From the IMG/VR virus record IMGVR_UViG_3300000439_000022: DNA of 64,000 nucleotides; one strand, written 5' to 3'. Positions 40,587-53,282 of the stretch are shown in pieces; position 1 is the stretch's first letter, and each line of letters opens with the position of its first letter. The position numbers and the translations under genes were made by a program. The notes beneath the pieces are model-generated. The model saw only the letters and a program-made list of their open reading frames with translations. It was not told the DNA's origin and made no database searches. Origin of the DNA: an uncultured virus (IMG/VR IMGVR_UViG_3300000439_000022). Its lineage: Duplodnaviria > Heunggongvirae > Uroviricota > Caudoviricetes.

Positions 40587-41348
40587 ATGAGTACTAACGA
40601 AGCTAAAACCTTTCAGGCGATTATATTGTTAAATGAAATACTTAACAATAATCGCAAATTTAAAACGATTATGAATGAAGATGATCATATTCTTGAGCCA
40701 TTGTTCATTGATTTATTATCCAAAGGTTATGTTAAGATCACTGGTGACCAATACACCATAACTGAACTGGGTAAAAAAGTGTTTGACACATTCATGGTTC
40801 GTTATCAGGAATATCTCAAGATATATGATATATTCTCATTTGTTGACTTGGAAAAAGGTGAGTTTGCTTTTGCAAAATACTTTGATTTCAACACAGATGC
40901 TGAGTTTGATGCATATAAGGTTGATGAACGTTTTGATGATGTTCGCATAGCCGTTTCAAGGTTCAAAAAAATGAACTCATTCGAGATTGTTTTCATGAGT
41001 TTCATAAATGAAAATCGTTTTGACACTACCAAAACAGGCTGGCAAATTGATTTATTATCGGATGATATCTGGATGGAAATTGATGATATTGTTAAGACAG
41101 CAATTTCAATTGAACAACTTGGTGGTGAAGATGTAATCAAAGATATTGTTGAACAGGGTTCAAAACTTATGATTGAACTTATCAAGCAAGAAGCAGAATT
41201 GCGTAAGCAAGATTTAATCAACAATGATAATCCTGTTGAAGAAACTGAAACCATCGAGGTTATAGAGGAAGAGGTGGTTTACTATGAATCATACTATGAT
41301 CCTTACTATGTATCTCCAGTTTGGTTTGCACCATTATTTATATGGTAA
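40587..41348 (+). CDS. hypothetical protein downstream of the PspA-like gene
   Basis: Long ORF with wHTH-like Y.ITELG motif. Confidence 0.65.
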   Translation: MSTNEAKTFQAIILLNEILNNNRKFKTIMNEDDHILEPLFIDLLSKGYVKITGDQYTITELGKKVFDTFMVRYQEYLKIYDIFSFVDLEKGEFAFAKYFDFNTDAEFDAYKVDERFDDVRIAVSRFKKMNSFEIVFMSFINENRFDTTKTGWQIDLLSDDIWMEIDDIVKTAISIEQLGGEDVIKDIVEQGSKLMIELIKQEAELRKQDLINNDNPVEETETIEVIEEEVVYYESYYDPYYVSPVWFAPLFIW

Positions 41349-41404
41349 TAAAAAATTAGTCTTTATTAAAAGAAATGTCAGCACTATTCTTAGTGCTTAT
41401 TTTT

Positions 41405-41436
41405 TTTGGTTATTTGAAAAACATTTCTTATATTTG
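41405..41436 (+). promoter_or_regulatory. Bacteroidota sigma70-type promoter, probably leaderless
   Basis: TTTG-N20-TATATTTG with ATG 5 nt downstream. Confidence 0.65.
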
Positions 41437-41441
41437 TAAAT

Positions 41442-42074
41442 ATGAAAGTGATTTTTTTGGATATCGATGGCGTATTAAATCATCAAGCTTTTTATCATAA
41501 GGTAAGCAAAAGCAAAAGAATACAGGCCAGATTTGATTTGAATGATGAATGGGGTGAAATGTTTTGTCCTAAATCAACTGAATTGCTTAATGAACTTATA
41601 AGCAAGACTGATGCTAAGATTGTTATATCCAGTTCAAAACGTTTTACCAGCTTTATAACAGAATCCTATGATGCTAATTTGAATTGTATAAAACATATGT
41701 GGAAAAATAGGGGTTTTGTTGGGGAAGTTATTGGTACAACACCACATTTATGGATTGATGGTAGAAAGACCTACCATATTGGCTATAATAGCACAATACC
41801 AAGAGGGTGTGAAATTGAAGCATTCCTGGAAAAACATCTACATTTTCACCATATTAATTGGTCAAAGGAAGAACAATTAAAATATATGGAAAAATCTAAT
41901 ATTGAAAATTATATTATAATTGATGATGATTCTGATATGTTATATACACAAAGGAATCATTTTGTTCATGTATTACCAAGCCCAAGGAATGTATCTGGTT
42001 TCAATAAAAAATATCAAAAGATTGCTTTAAATAAACTAAGTAAAACTATAATTGATTTGAATTATGACTACTAA
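41442..42074 (+). CDS. HAD-domain protein (Swiss-army-knife RNA repair type)
   Basis: FLDIDGVLN, IVISSS, RG.EI and IIDDD motifs. Confidence 0.8.
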   Translation: MKVIFLDIDGVLNHQAFYHKVSKSKRIQARFDLNDEWGEMFCPKSTELLNELISKTDAKIVISSSKRFTSFITESYDANLNCIKHMWKNRGFVGEVIGTTPHLWIDGRKTYHIGYNSTIPRGCEIEAFLEKHLHFHHINWSKEEQLKYMEKSNIENYIIIDDDSDMLYTQRNHFVHVLPSPRNVSGFNKKYQKIALNKLSKTIIDLNYDY

Positions 42075-42802
42075 CACTAAAGATTCTAAAGCTTTCTTAA
42101 TTGAGGGACAACTTTTGCATCAAATAAGAAAACAACAAAAACGTCTCAATGAAATTAATGCAATGCGTAATGCCAATCCCAGGGAAATAAGTGAGGAGGG
42201 TTATTGGGCAGCTTTTTATAGTTGTAATGGAGCTATAACACAATTGATGATATGTTTAACTGCTTATGATAACCCATTAAGCAATTTCATTCACGAAGAA
42301 GAAGTTGAAAGAAAAAAACAAGAAGAAAAACTTGGAAAAAATAAAAAAAAGAAGTAAATTTGTATAATAAAAAATAAATATCATGGCAATTTCACCAAAT
42401 AGTTTAAATGAAGCTTTTCTTAAAGAAGTGGATTTTTACGAAAAGAAATTTGATGTAATATTATCATCTCAAAAATTAAGTTTAGGTGGTATTTTAGCAA
42501 TAGATTCTATACCATCTGGTTATACTTTGGAGCATCACAAAATAATTGTTGAGAGATACAAAAAAGCTGGGTGGAAAGATGTTGTTTGGAATAGCGATCA
42601 GCGTGATGGTGATTGGTTAACTTTTAAATCTTAATTATATGAGATATTTTGCATTATTTATGATATGTGCCATTATATTATTAATGGTTATACCACACAT
42701 CATTGGTTTTTTATTCTCATTGATGTGGACAATTTTTGATATACTTATTATATTGTTGCTGGCATATTTTGCCACTCAAGCCATAAAAAATCGTTTTAGG
42801 AA

Positions 42803-43396
42803 ATGAACTATGAGATTCATATAACGGTCAATACAACTGATATTGATAAATTTAAATCCGATTGTGAATCAATTGGCCTTAAAGCTATTGTCATTGAAAC
42901 TGAGAACAACAATAACTTTGAAAACCAGGTTATGACCTCATCCAAACATTCTGGAGATGATTATAAACCTAAATTGGATAGTATTGTTTGCAAGTTACAG
43001 GAAATCGGTTACACTATTCTCCGCCAAAAGGTTGAGATAGAGCCCTGCATGACAAGAAAAAAACATCCAGACCATTTATATTATGAAACTCATTTTAGGT
43101 TAAAATTACCCATTGGTTTTGATTTAGATTTCCATAAAAATGATATCAAAAGCCTATCGTATCATTTAAGTAAAAACGTGTTTAAAAAAGATGACACTCA
43201 TTATTATCAAATGATAACTTACAGAAATCGTAAAAGTGAGGATTATTTTTATTTTATGTTTTTTATAAATATGATGTTGATTTCAAGATATCTCAAATAT
43301 TATAATATCAAATATGATAAAATTGAGATCGAGGAATGTATTTATGATACCAATATATCGGTTGACCAATCATGGTTATACGATTCGGTATTATAA
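42803..43396 (+). CDS. hypothetical protein
   Basis: YEIHITV and YYETHF paired motifs. Confidence 0.6.
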   Translation: MNYEIHITVNTTDIDKFKSDCESIGLKAIVIETENNNNFENQVMTSSKHSGDDYKPKLDSIVCKLQEIGYTILRQKVEIEPCMTRKKHPDHLYYETHFRLKLPIGFDLDFHKNDIKSLSYHLSKNVFKKDDTHYYQMITYRNRKSEDYFYFMFFINMMLISRYLKYYNIKYDKIEIEECIYDTNISVDQSWLYDSVL

Positions 43397-43427
43397 TAAA
43401 AAATATATCAAAATAGTTCAATTAAAT

Positions 43428-43458
43428 TTTGGCATCTTGTTATAATTTATTACTTTTG
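43428..43458 (+). promoter_or_regulatory. Bacteroidota sigma70-type promoter, probably leaderless
   Basis: TTTG-N19-TACTTTTG with ATG 4 nt downstream. Confidence 0.65.
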
Positions 43459-43462
43459 TAAC

Positions 43463-44236
43463 ATGAAAGCAAATAAGAACTCTCTCGAATTTAATCCAAA
43501 GTTTAACTTACACAAGATTGCTGATAGATTGTATTGTGTGGAAATGCCATCCATGTATGACCTATCTATGTTATTTGTTAGGTATCAGGAGTACTACGAA
43601 TCTCCTAATCCAGAGGTAAGAAATAAAGCTTATGACCTTGAGTTATATAAGCGTTGGTATGCAACAAGCAAACAACGTAGATACGTTCTTGGTTCTGATA
43701 ATTCATTTTCTTATACATTGGACTTTGCTGGTTTCAATGTACCATCTCATGTTTTAACAGATATATTACTTGATTTTAAATATTATGGTTCATTAAATGT
43801 CTACGATTATTTAATGAAACGTATATATAACACCATTATAGCCGATATTGGTGGCGAATACCCTTTTTATCTTATCGGCACACAAAAGATGAAATCTGAT
43901 GTATTGAAGCATGAAATTGCTCATGGATTTTATCATCTTATTCCAGAGTATAAGGAAACTATGGATAACCTCATTAATACCATTTTAACTCCAAGTAAAA
44001 TCAAGAAATTCAAAAAATCTTTGGTTCAATACCATTATACAGAAGAAGTAATGTATGATGAGATGCAAGCTTATTTATCAACAGAAAAAAATCTGGATGG
44101 TTTCCCTGAAGTTGACATGACAGAGTTCAAAAAGTTTTATAATAAACACTATAAAACCGTTAAACCTAAGTTGATGAAAAAAATCAATTTGGAATTACAT
44201 CATGATGATAAAAGAATACCAGGTCTTGGTTGTTAA
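43463..44236 (+). CDS. HExxH zincin-like protein
   Basis: HEIAH with downstream DE.QAY. Confidence 0.55.
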   Translation: MKANKNSLEFNPKFNLHKIADRLYCVEMPSMYDLSMLFVRYQEYYESPNPEVRNKAYDLELYKRWYATSKQRRYVLGSDNSFSYTLDFAGFNVPSHVLTDILLDFKYYGSLNVYDYLMKRIYNTIIADIGGEYPFYLIGTQKMKSDVLKHEIAHGFYHLIPEYKETMDNLINTILTPSKIKKFKKSLVQYHYTEEVMYDEMQAYLSTEKNLDGFPEVDMTEFKKFYNKHYKTVKPKLMKKINLELHHDDKRIPGLGC

Positions 44237-44618
44237 AGAATATTAGATTATGGAAATAAAAATTATAGAACTTAAGAAACCTTATGTTATGATAAATAAC
44301 ATTATCGATAACTTTGATTTTGAAAAGGTTAACAAAGTCATGATTTTTCTTGATTGGCACTGGCATTGGGCAGAGGATGGGGTTCCCAATATATCAGAAT
44401 TAAAAAAATTAGCTACAAGACATTTATTTAATACCGTTAAAGATTTGGAGATGAATAATGATAGTGATGCTCAAAGCACAGTTCATTCTGGTGGAATCAA
44501 AGTAATTGGTAATAAAAGGGATGGTAAAATAACTGATTTAACTTTGGAATTTATCATTGAAGATTGGTATGATACGAATGAGATTTATGAAAATAATAAA
44601 GAAGATTAAAAATATAAT

Positions 44619-45884
44619 ATGAACAAATTATCACATTTTGCTGAAGAAATAATCGGCTCAGAAATAATCGCTTTGAATCAGAAGATCAAAGATAACCCAA
44701 ACAGTAAAGATATTTTCAATTACACCATCGGTGACTTTGACCCAACATATCATCCAATTCCATCTACATTGAAAAATATGATAATTGATCATTATGAGAA
44801 TGATGATACCAATTATCCACCATCACAGGGTATACAATCTCTTAGGGAATCTCTATCTGATTTTTATTCATCATATCATGGTTATAAGTATGGTGCCAAT
44901 GAATTTCTAATTGGCGGTGGTGTTAGACCATTAATTTATACCATATTTAAAACAATACTCAGTCCCTCTGACCTTGTTATATATGCCGTACCGTCATGGA
45001 ACAATAACCATTATTCGTTTTTACATGATGTTGATAGCATAGAAATTTCTACAAAGCCAGAAAATAACTTTTTGCTTTTGGCCAAAGACATTAAAAAATT
45101 TATCTCTATTGTTCATCTTATCTGTTTATGTTCGCCACAAAACCCAACTGGTGCAACATATACCAAAGAACAATTAAAAGATATTATCGATTTGGTATTA
45201 GCTGAAAATGAAAAAAGAAAAAAGGAAGAAACAAACTATAAACCTGTTTATATATTCTTTGACCAAATATATAATGATCTATCACACTCAACACCTGAAC
45301 ACCCATTATTAATTAATGAAAATATCAAAGAATATTTAATATGTGCTGATGGTATATCTAAATCACTTTGTGCTACTGGTGTTAGGGTTGGTTGGATAAT
45401 GGCACCATATTATATCATCGATAAAGCCACACAGATATATTCGCATATTGGCGCTTGGGCACCAAAGCCTGAACAACTTGCCGTTGCAAGATATCTCAAG
45501 GATATCGATCTGGATGATGATGATTACGTTTTATTCTGCGATGAAAAGGTAAAACAATTCAGCATGATGCAACAAGAGTTCATAAATATACTCAATGATG
45601 AAGATAACATTGGTAAGTTTGATTATATCCAACCTGGTGGCGGTATTTACCTAACTATTATGATGCCATACAAGAAATATTTCACTAACATTGATGATTT
45701 TATGACATTTTTGATTAATGAGTGTAATTTTGCTATGGTTCCATTTAAATCATTTGGTGTCCAAGATAGTGAGTGGTTTAGAATATCGTTTGGAACATCT
45801 GATCCATTTGCATTTGAACCAAATAAAAAGAATTTTAAATCCATGTTAACAAAATTCAACATGTTAAATGGAAATAAAATTTGA
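44619..45884 (+). CDS. class I/II PLP-dependent aminotransferase
   Basis: SPQNPTG, DQIY, SKS...G.RVG and R.SF motifs. Confidence 0.9.
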   Translation: MNKLSHFAEEIIGSEIIALNQKIKDNPNSKDIFNYTIGDFDPTYHPIPSTLKNMIIDHYENDDTNYPPSQGIQSLRESLSDFYSSYHGYKYGANEFLIGGGVRPLIYTIFKTILSPSDLVIYAVPSWNNNHYSFLHDVDSIEISTKPENNFLLLAKDIKKFISIVHLICLCSPQNPTGATYTKEQLKDIIDLVLAENEKRKKEETNYKPVYIFFDQIYNDLSHSTPEHPLLINENIKEYLICADGISKSLCATGVRVGWIMAPYYIIDKATQIYSHIGAWAPKPEQLAVARYLKDIDLDDDDYVLFCDEKVKQFSMMQQEFINILNDEDNIGKFDYIQPGGGIYLTIMMPYKKYFTNIDDFMTFLINECNFAMVPFKSFGVQDSEWFRISFGTSDPFAFEPNKKNFKSMLTKFNMLNGNKI

Positions 45885-45929
45885 TTTTGTCAAAAATAAT
45901 TATTACCTTTAAAAAAAAATAGAAATTTT

Positions 45930-46916
45930 ATGTATCTTATTAAAGAACTTCAAATTATTAAAGATGACCATTTAATATTCAAACCAGAATATGTTTCTCT
46001 TGGTTATGTTGAAACTGAAGCTGATGCTTTAAGTTATACCAAAGGATGTAAAATATACACATCTAAAGACCATAAACGTTTACCACGTGGAAGTGCTTGG
46101 CCAAGTTTCATAGGTGTGAAGATAAAACTTCTTAAAAGCAATCCGCTTAATATTTCATCTGATTCTGTTAAGGATGAAATTCCTGATACAAAATTGAAAA
46201 TAGAAATTATTGAGGTTCCTATTGATGTGACGGAGTTCACACTACATGAACTTGCTGGTATGATGCACAAAAACAAAGGTAATGTGTATAATATTCCAGA
46301 TACCCCTCAAGATGTTTTGAGATCGACCCAATGGTTTAATAATACCCCCATTGATCTTCATGTGGTAATTAATGACAAGCCAAAAATTGGGGACTGGTGT
46401 ATTGATAAGAATTTCCATATCCGAAAATTTGATGGTCTATCAGTACATAATGATGATCTCAAACCGATTCTTGAGTCAACAAATAAAGCTATCAAATTAC
46501 CTTTATCTAAAGAAGCGCTTAATAAAATTTTGGGTAAAACTAACACAAATGATTTGAAAAAGTATTTTACCGAATATATATCTAAAACAGCTAAAGATGA
46601 ATTACATGAAAATACATGGAAAACATTTGATGGCAAGGTATTAAAATATGATGAGTTAGATCATCAGCATTTATCGAACATTTACTGGTACAATATGATT
46701 TGTTTGAACAACAAGCCACTTAATATTGTTAATATTATCAATAATAGATTTTATGGGGAAATACTTCCATATAAACCAATGCTAAAATTCAAAGATGAAA
46801 TAGCATTTTTGGAATCACGTGGATATTTGGTTTGGACAGATAAGGGTGATTATTTCTTAGGTGAAATTTTCCTCAAAAATAAAGGAAGAATAGGAACATT
46901 ATATAAACTTAAATAA
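45930..46916 (+). CDS. hypothetical protein
   Basis: 328-aa ORF in a co-directional array. Confidence 0.6.
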   Translation: MYLIKELQIIKDDHLIFKPEYVSLGYVETEADALSYTKGCKIYTSKDHKRLPRGSAWPSFIGVKIKLLKSNPLNISSDSVKDEIPDTKLKIEIIEVPIDVTEFTLHELAGMMHKNKGNVYNIPDTPQDVLRSTQWFNNTPIDLHVVINDKPKIGDWCIDKNFHIRKFDGLSVHNDDLKPILESTNKAIKLPLSKEALNKILGKTNTNDLKKYFTEYISKTAKDELHENTWKTFDGKVLKYDELDHQHLSNIYWYNMICLNNKPLNIVNIINNRFYGEILPYKPMLKFKDEIAFLESRGYLVWTDKGDYFLGEIFLKNKGRIGTLYKLK

Positions 46917-46917
46917 A

Positions 46918-47670
46918 ATGAAAATTGTTTGCATAACAGATACACACAATAAACATAAATACCTTACAAGCAAAGCATATGGAGATTTATTGCCACATGG
47001 TGATTTGTTATGTCATTGTGGTGATTTAACCAACCTTGGTAAAAAGGGAGAAGTTGAGGACATATTTAAATGGTTTGAAAGCATTGTTGATAGATATACA
47101 TATGGTATTGTCTTCATATGCGGCAACCATGATAAAACATTTGACCCAAAGTTCGGTGATTACCAAATTGATGATGTTAATGGTGAATTGCCCAAGATTA
47201 AGCCATATTGGTTAAAACAAATGATAAACAATTTGCCAGGTAATATCCATTATCTTGAAAACAGTGATATAACAATCAATGGATTAAAGATATGGGGTTC
47301 TCCAGTATCTCCGTGGTTTCATGGTGATCGCTGGGGTTTTAATAAGTACAGAGGTGATGAAATTGATGAGGTATGGAAACAAATACCACTTGATACTGAT
47401 ATCATAATGACTCATACACCAGTATCTTATAAGTTGGATTATTTACCTGATCAAAACGAATATCTTGGTTGTGAACAATTGAGATATAGGGTTAAAGAAA
47501 TCAAACCATTGGTTCATATGTGTGGTCACATTCACCCTGGTCGCAATGTTGATTATGATGAAAACACAACGTATGTAAATGCTTGCATACTTGATGATGG
47601 TCATAATTTTGTTAACAAACCAATTGTTATTGAGGTAAATAAAGAAGAACGAGAAGTTAAAATTTTATAA
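46918..47670 (+). CDS. metallophosphoesterase
   Basis: DTH, GD, GNHD, THTP and GHIH motifs. Confidence 0.9.
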   Translation: MKIVCITDTHNKHKYLTSKAYGDLLPHGDLLCHCGDLTNLGKKGEVEDIFKWFESIVDRYTYGIVFICGNHDKTFDPKFGDYQIDDVNGELPKIKPYWLKQMINNLPGNIHYLENSDITINGLKIWGSPVSPWFHGDRWGFNKYRGDEIDEVWKQIPLDTDIIMTHTPVSYKLDYLPDQNEYLGCEQLRYRVKEIKPLVHMCGHIHPGRNVDYDENTTYVNACILDDGHNFVNKPIVIEVNKEEREVKIL

Positions 47671-47800
47671 CTATGAAAACAGAAAACATTCTACTTAGAT
47701 TACTCCAAATAATAATGGTTTTTGGTGTAATATTTTTGGCCTTCAACAATAAAGAAGGTTGGGGTTGGTTATTATTCATTTTAGTCTTATCATTATAATT

Positions 47801-50800
47801 ATGGCATTTAGCAGAATAAACTACAAAGAATCAAAACAAAGCACATACGAATCGATAGAACTAAGTTATCAAGAAAAAGGTAAAGAAAAAAGAAAGTTTT
47901 TCGACTCAGGAAATATCATTATTGATTATTATGATTATATGAGATTTATTGGTAATCAACCAGATTCTTGGTATAATGAAAATTTTCATATAATTGGTTC
48001 TTCTTCATGGGATCATTTCTTTATGGGTGGTAATAAATATACCCAAAGTTATTTTGACCCTGAAACTGGTGAGTTCATGGATTGGCGCAAAGCTTTTGAT
48101 GAAAAGAATTTTGAGCTTTACCATGATATTGTTGATAAAGGTAAATATCCAATAGTAATACATCTTTCATGTCATAAGAATTTTAATGACGTAAAACGAT
48201 ATTATAAAAAGAAAACAAAATAAATTTGGTTATATCATTATCATGTTTTATCTTTGTACTATTAAATAATTAGAATATGATATTCCAAACAAAATATGAC
48301 CCAGGTGATGAGGTTTACACAATTGTCGGTTCAGATGCGAAAGCAAGAATCGTATCACCAAAAATTAGTTCTATTGATAATGTTGTCATGGCTATCAGTG
48401 GTATCAAGGTAACTTATAATTTATCTGTAAGTCGTAAAGATACTGATACCTATGTTAATGGTATGCCAGAATATTATAGTGTACAGAGAACAGAAGATAG
48501 TATATATGGTACATTTGATGAGTGTCTTGCTGTACAGACAGAAAAATTAAAAAGATTCAAAAAATAATTCTTAACTTTATAAAATCAAATATTATGTCAT
48601 ATATTGTTGCACTACTCATTGCCTTGTTTTTTATAATTATCTATTCCGCATTTTCATGGGGATATGTATTAAATGTCATGTATTATTGGTTTATTTTACC
48701 AGCAATGCCTACATTACCACATTTCACAATACTTCAGTTTGTAGGTATTAGCTTATTTGTGAATGCTTTAATAAGGTCTAATTATTCTTCAAATAAAGAA
48801 GATGATAAGAATAATATAGTTTTTGGGTTATTATTACCTTGGATTACATTAGGTATCTCATGGATGATTCACGGTTTATTCTTTTAATCATGGGAAATTT
48901 AATACCCATTCTCGCATATGCCTGGGTTGTTGTCCTATGCATAAGTATGCTCTTAGCTAAATTTGATCTTCCACTTATGGATAGATTCTTCATAAAGTTG
49001 ATGAGTTTATTTACATTAATATTTATTTTATCTACTTTATTCTAAAATATATTTATGTATATAAATAAGAAATTATTAGCCGAAATTTTTATTGAAAAAC
49101 TTAAAGCCTGTAATGAGGATATTGGTTCTTGTTACTATCATATTTTTAGTAAATTATTAACCGATGATGAGCTACAAGATATGATTAACAATTTATACGA
49201 TAGGTATACATTTATTCATAACTTAGATAAACTTTGTGGTGTAACCAAAACTGAGAAAGATGAATGGTTCTATAAATTCCATAAAAGTATCAGACAATCT
49301 GATTTTTTTGAGAACATTAAAAAACATTATTATGTGAATGAGTTAACGGAAGATGAAAATAAACGCATGAACGAATTAAAAGCTATGTTACCTCAACATA
49401 AAAAATTCTATGAAGCTGTAGATGGAAAAGAAGCCAGAGAAACTGGACTTGAAGTAGAATTGAATGAATATTACAGTTTATTTAACAAAAAAAGGGTTAA
49501 GAAAACAAAGGATGTTTCTGGTTGTATAGATATGATTTTGTGGAATCTTATTCACATTGACGTAAATAATCTTTTACAAAAAGTAATGGTTAGCACATTT
49601 AAACAGTATAATTTCGAACAAGAAAGTTAAATTTGCTTTCCTCAAATTTGTTTATTACTATTGTAGTATTATGAAAAAATTATTAATAGCATTATTATTT
49701 CTATCATCATGTGATGGCTATTTTTTTAAATCGAATGATACAGAAAAAACCTTCACTGTAAATTCTAAAGAATATACCATCTATAAAGGTTCAGATAGTT
49801 GTGAATATTATGCCGTACCCATGACATCTAACTACAGTAAAGACAAACAATATTTTCATTATCCCCAATGTTCATTTTGTAAAAAACATAAATAATGTCT
49901 AAAAAAATATACTACAAGATAGTTGAAATTAACGATAAAGGTCAATTCCTTACATTATTTCATGGTATTGGTGGCACCAGGGTATTACCTATAGGAAAAA
50001 CTATTAAAGCCGAAATAAAGGAAAATGTAATGGATGGTAAAGGTACTAAATATACATCTGGTTTACATGTTATTGATGGTTATGATAATGCTTTAGATTA
50101 CTTAGAAAGGTTTAAAAGAACTGATCGTGTTATTGTTACATGTACCGCAAAAGGGCTTAAACATAAAACAAAAAGTAAACCATATGTTTATCTTGCTGAT
50201 GAAATCGTAATTATTAATTCTGGTTACACAAAAATTGAAAAATAGATTATGCCTTTAAATATAAATTATGTTGTTGTACAATATTATTGTGACACTTTAG
50301 TAGATATCTTTCATTCGCTAAGCGAAGAAGAACAAGAGAAATTAGCAGATACTCTTGAAGAATTATGTGATAAATTTAAAGATAAAATTAATGAAAACGA
50401 AGAAGAATAACGAAAAACAAATATGGGTACCATATAATCTCGCACTTTTATTAAAAAATAAAGGTTTTGATAAACAATGTAGATATCATTACAAGGTCAG
50501 TATAGAAGATGAAACAAAACATTCCAATATACCAACATTTGTTTTGGCTGAACCATATGGTAAAAACCACAACACCATGCCTACAAGAATATCCGCTCCA
50601 GAGTGGAGTTTGGCATGTGACTGGATTTACGAAAAATATGAAATTATTGTTATATATAACCCATCCTTTGATTTGGAATTTTTAACATCAGAATTTGAAA
50701 ACGCACTAAAAAATAAATAATATGAGTATAAGTATAGATGTTGATATTGATGCGGATGATATTGTATATAATTGTAGCCGTAGCGATAAAGAAGAACTTC

Positions 50801-51024
50801 TTAAAGTCTTAATTGATAATATGAATGATGAAGATATCATGGATGTATTAAGACAATATAAATCTGAAAATGATAATACAATTCATTTTTTCAGTAGAGT
50901 AAATGGTAATGATACCCCAGGGTATTCCTATTTCAATCAGGCACTAATGAGGTTATCAAGAGCTTACTACCAATTAAGCAATGATGATATAAATGATATT
51001 GAAAACTTGTCAAAAAAATATTAA
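47801..51024 (+). other. array of small hypothetical, membrane and lipoprotein genes
   Basis: Tightly packed co-directional short ORFs with host-type promoters (e.g. 48225-48256). Confidence 0.6.
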
Positions 51025-51284
51025 TATGAACGAAATAGAATCATTGAGCCATTTACACCCAGCTGTGGCTTGTACAGTTGTTATTTGTGTTGCAGCTGTT
51101 ACATGCGTATTCATATGGGGTTTTTTTAGTTACCTTAAAAAATTTTTTGATTAATGAAAAAATATGTAACCCCAGGTAATGTCTTATGGGCATTATCAAT
51201 CATCATGCTCATTTGGTATATGAACCATGATCATTTGCAACATTTCAATCAAATTGTTGAAGGAGTCAAAAACTTATTAAAATA

Positions 51285-51866
51285 ATGATAAAAAAATTAA
51301 CAAAAGAGCATGTTGGCTCCAAAAGGATTAAATTCGAACAATACAGGCGTATTGATATCCAGCATATATTATGGAAAACGAACCCACAAAACTGTGGTGT
51401 GTATTGGCTCATGAGAAACAATAAAATCGTTTATATTGGTTTCAGTGAGAATCTTAAAAAAAGAATTAGAACACATTCTTCATATAATCCAAACAACAAG
51501 AAACATTGGAATAAATGTGAATATGCAATAATCGGTAATTCTGATTTATCCAGAGCAATTGAAACCGCAATGATCATGCGATTTAAACCAGAGTATAATA
51601 ATCCTGTTACATATAAATCTCATATTAATATGAATAACCCTCAAAAGTCATTCAATTCATATAAGAATTATATCAAGTCAAAGATGAAAAGCGAAAATGA
51701 ATATTTGAGTGAACTTATGGTTAATAGAAATAAAAACCAAACAGAGATCAAAAATGTTCTAACTATTATCCGTAAATTAAAGAAACATATGGATATGTCC
51801 TACACTGAGTTTCTCATAAATCATAAAAAAAAGGTACAAGGTAGACCGCATAAATTATATAAGTAA
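51285..51866 (+). CDS. GIY-YIG nuclease domain protein
   Basis: GVY...YIG...R..H...E...P.YN. Confidence 0.75.
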   Translation: MIKKLTKEHVGSKRIKFEQYRRIDIQHILWKTNPQNCGVYWLMRNNKIVYIGFSENLKKRIRTHSSYNPNNKKHWNKCEYAIIGNSDLSRAIETAMIMRFKPEYNNPVTYKSHINMNNPQKSFNSYKNYIKSKMKSENEYLSELMVNRNKNQTEIKNVLTIIRKLKKHMDMSYTEFLINHKKKVQGRPHKLYK

Positions 51867-52079
51867 TGCCAGAATTATATATTGTTCAAGTAATGGCCAA
51901 GAAAAAGTTTATTCATCCAACACTTCACGGTCATTTATATGGCCAGGAAAGAATAAAAATACACCCAGTCGAAGCGGAAAGTGGACAAGAAGCCATGACC
52001 AAGATTGAGAAGTATTATAAGGAGAATAAACCTGATTGGAAAATGTATGTTGTTGACACAGAAGTCTTAGTTAAATAAT

Positions 52080-52631
52080 ATGGGACATTTAATATACAAA
52101 GATAACAAGTATTTGGATATCGATAGTGGTGAAGTCTTCATTCCAAAAGATAGGGATGAAGAATTTCTGCTTAATTTCAGGGTTCGTCTTGAACCAGAAA
52201 CCAAATTATGGTTTGGTAAACATAAGGATAAAACAATGGCTGAAACACTTCATGAAGATAGATCATATATCTATTGGCTCCATGACAAAGGTTTTAATTT
52301 ATCCAAAGACCTCAAGAAGATGTCCAATGATATCACAAGAGAACATTATCGTATGTTAAAGAATGATGGTGAAGAATTGGAAAATATTGATGTGCCAGAA
52401 GAAATGACACATGATGAAAAAACATATGCATCATTAACTTATATTGGTGGCGGCAAGATTATGCATGTTCCAGATTTTGCTTTCAATAAATGGGCAAAGC
52501 AATTCAAATCCCATCTTGATGAAACCGTTTTATGTAAACATCATCCTGGTGGTGATCGTGATGATGATGAGTGGGGATTAATGCCAGGTGATGCTGATAG
52601 TATAAACGATTGTTTTGATTTTAATTTTTAG
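52080..52631 (+). CDS. protein with exodeoxyribonuclease X C-terminal-like motif
   Basis: FGKHK...YI.WL. Confidence 0.5.
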   Translation: MGHLIYKDNKYLDIDSGEVFIPKDRDEEFLLNFRVRLEPETKLWFGKHKDKTMAETLHEDRSYIYWLHDKGFNLSKDLKKMSNDITREHYRMLKNDGEELENIDVPEEMTHDEKTYASLTYIGGGKIMHVPDFAFNKWAKQFKSHLDETVLCKHHPGGDRDDDEWGLMPGDADSINDCFDFNF

Positions 52632-53282
52632 TATATGAATCAGAAAAAATGGAAATTTGTTGGTTTCAATACCAATAGACTTGAAATGAAGGATGAATAT
52701 GGTCAAATATGGCATATACCAGAACATTATTTGGTTGATGAATTTAATAATCAATTTAAATCGAAACACACACTCAATAAAATCATTAATCATCCCAGGG
52801 GTTATTTGACCAACAATGAGATAAAGGTCGCAATGAGTATGTTGCAATGGTTAGGAACAAATGTTGGCAGTGAATTTTATGAGACAGCAATGAAAAAGGC
52901 TTCGGATAAAACTCAGAAGCTTGATTTTATTTACAGAATCATCAACCCAATTAAGAATAAAGCCAAATGCGATAAAAAACCTATATCAATTCATAATGAT
53001 ATATATAACTTTTATTATTATACTAATGGTACTAATAACACATTAACATTATATGGATCAAACGCAGAAAACAATTGAGAACTTTAAGATAAGGTTCCCA
53101 GCCGCATATAAAATTTATATGGATGGCGATAACCAGCTTGAGATGTTAAGATGGATTATCGATAATCTTGATAAGATAGCCCTAAACACTGAAAAAAATA
53201 AAAACATCAAAAAATAAAATATCCCAAATTTTATTTTGTTGCTAATTCGTTTTGTTGTATCTTTGTACGACAAAACGATTTT

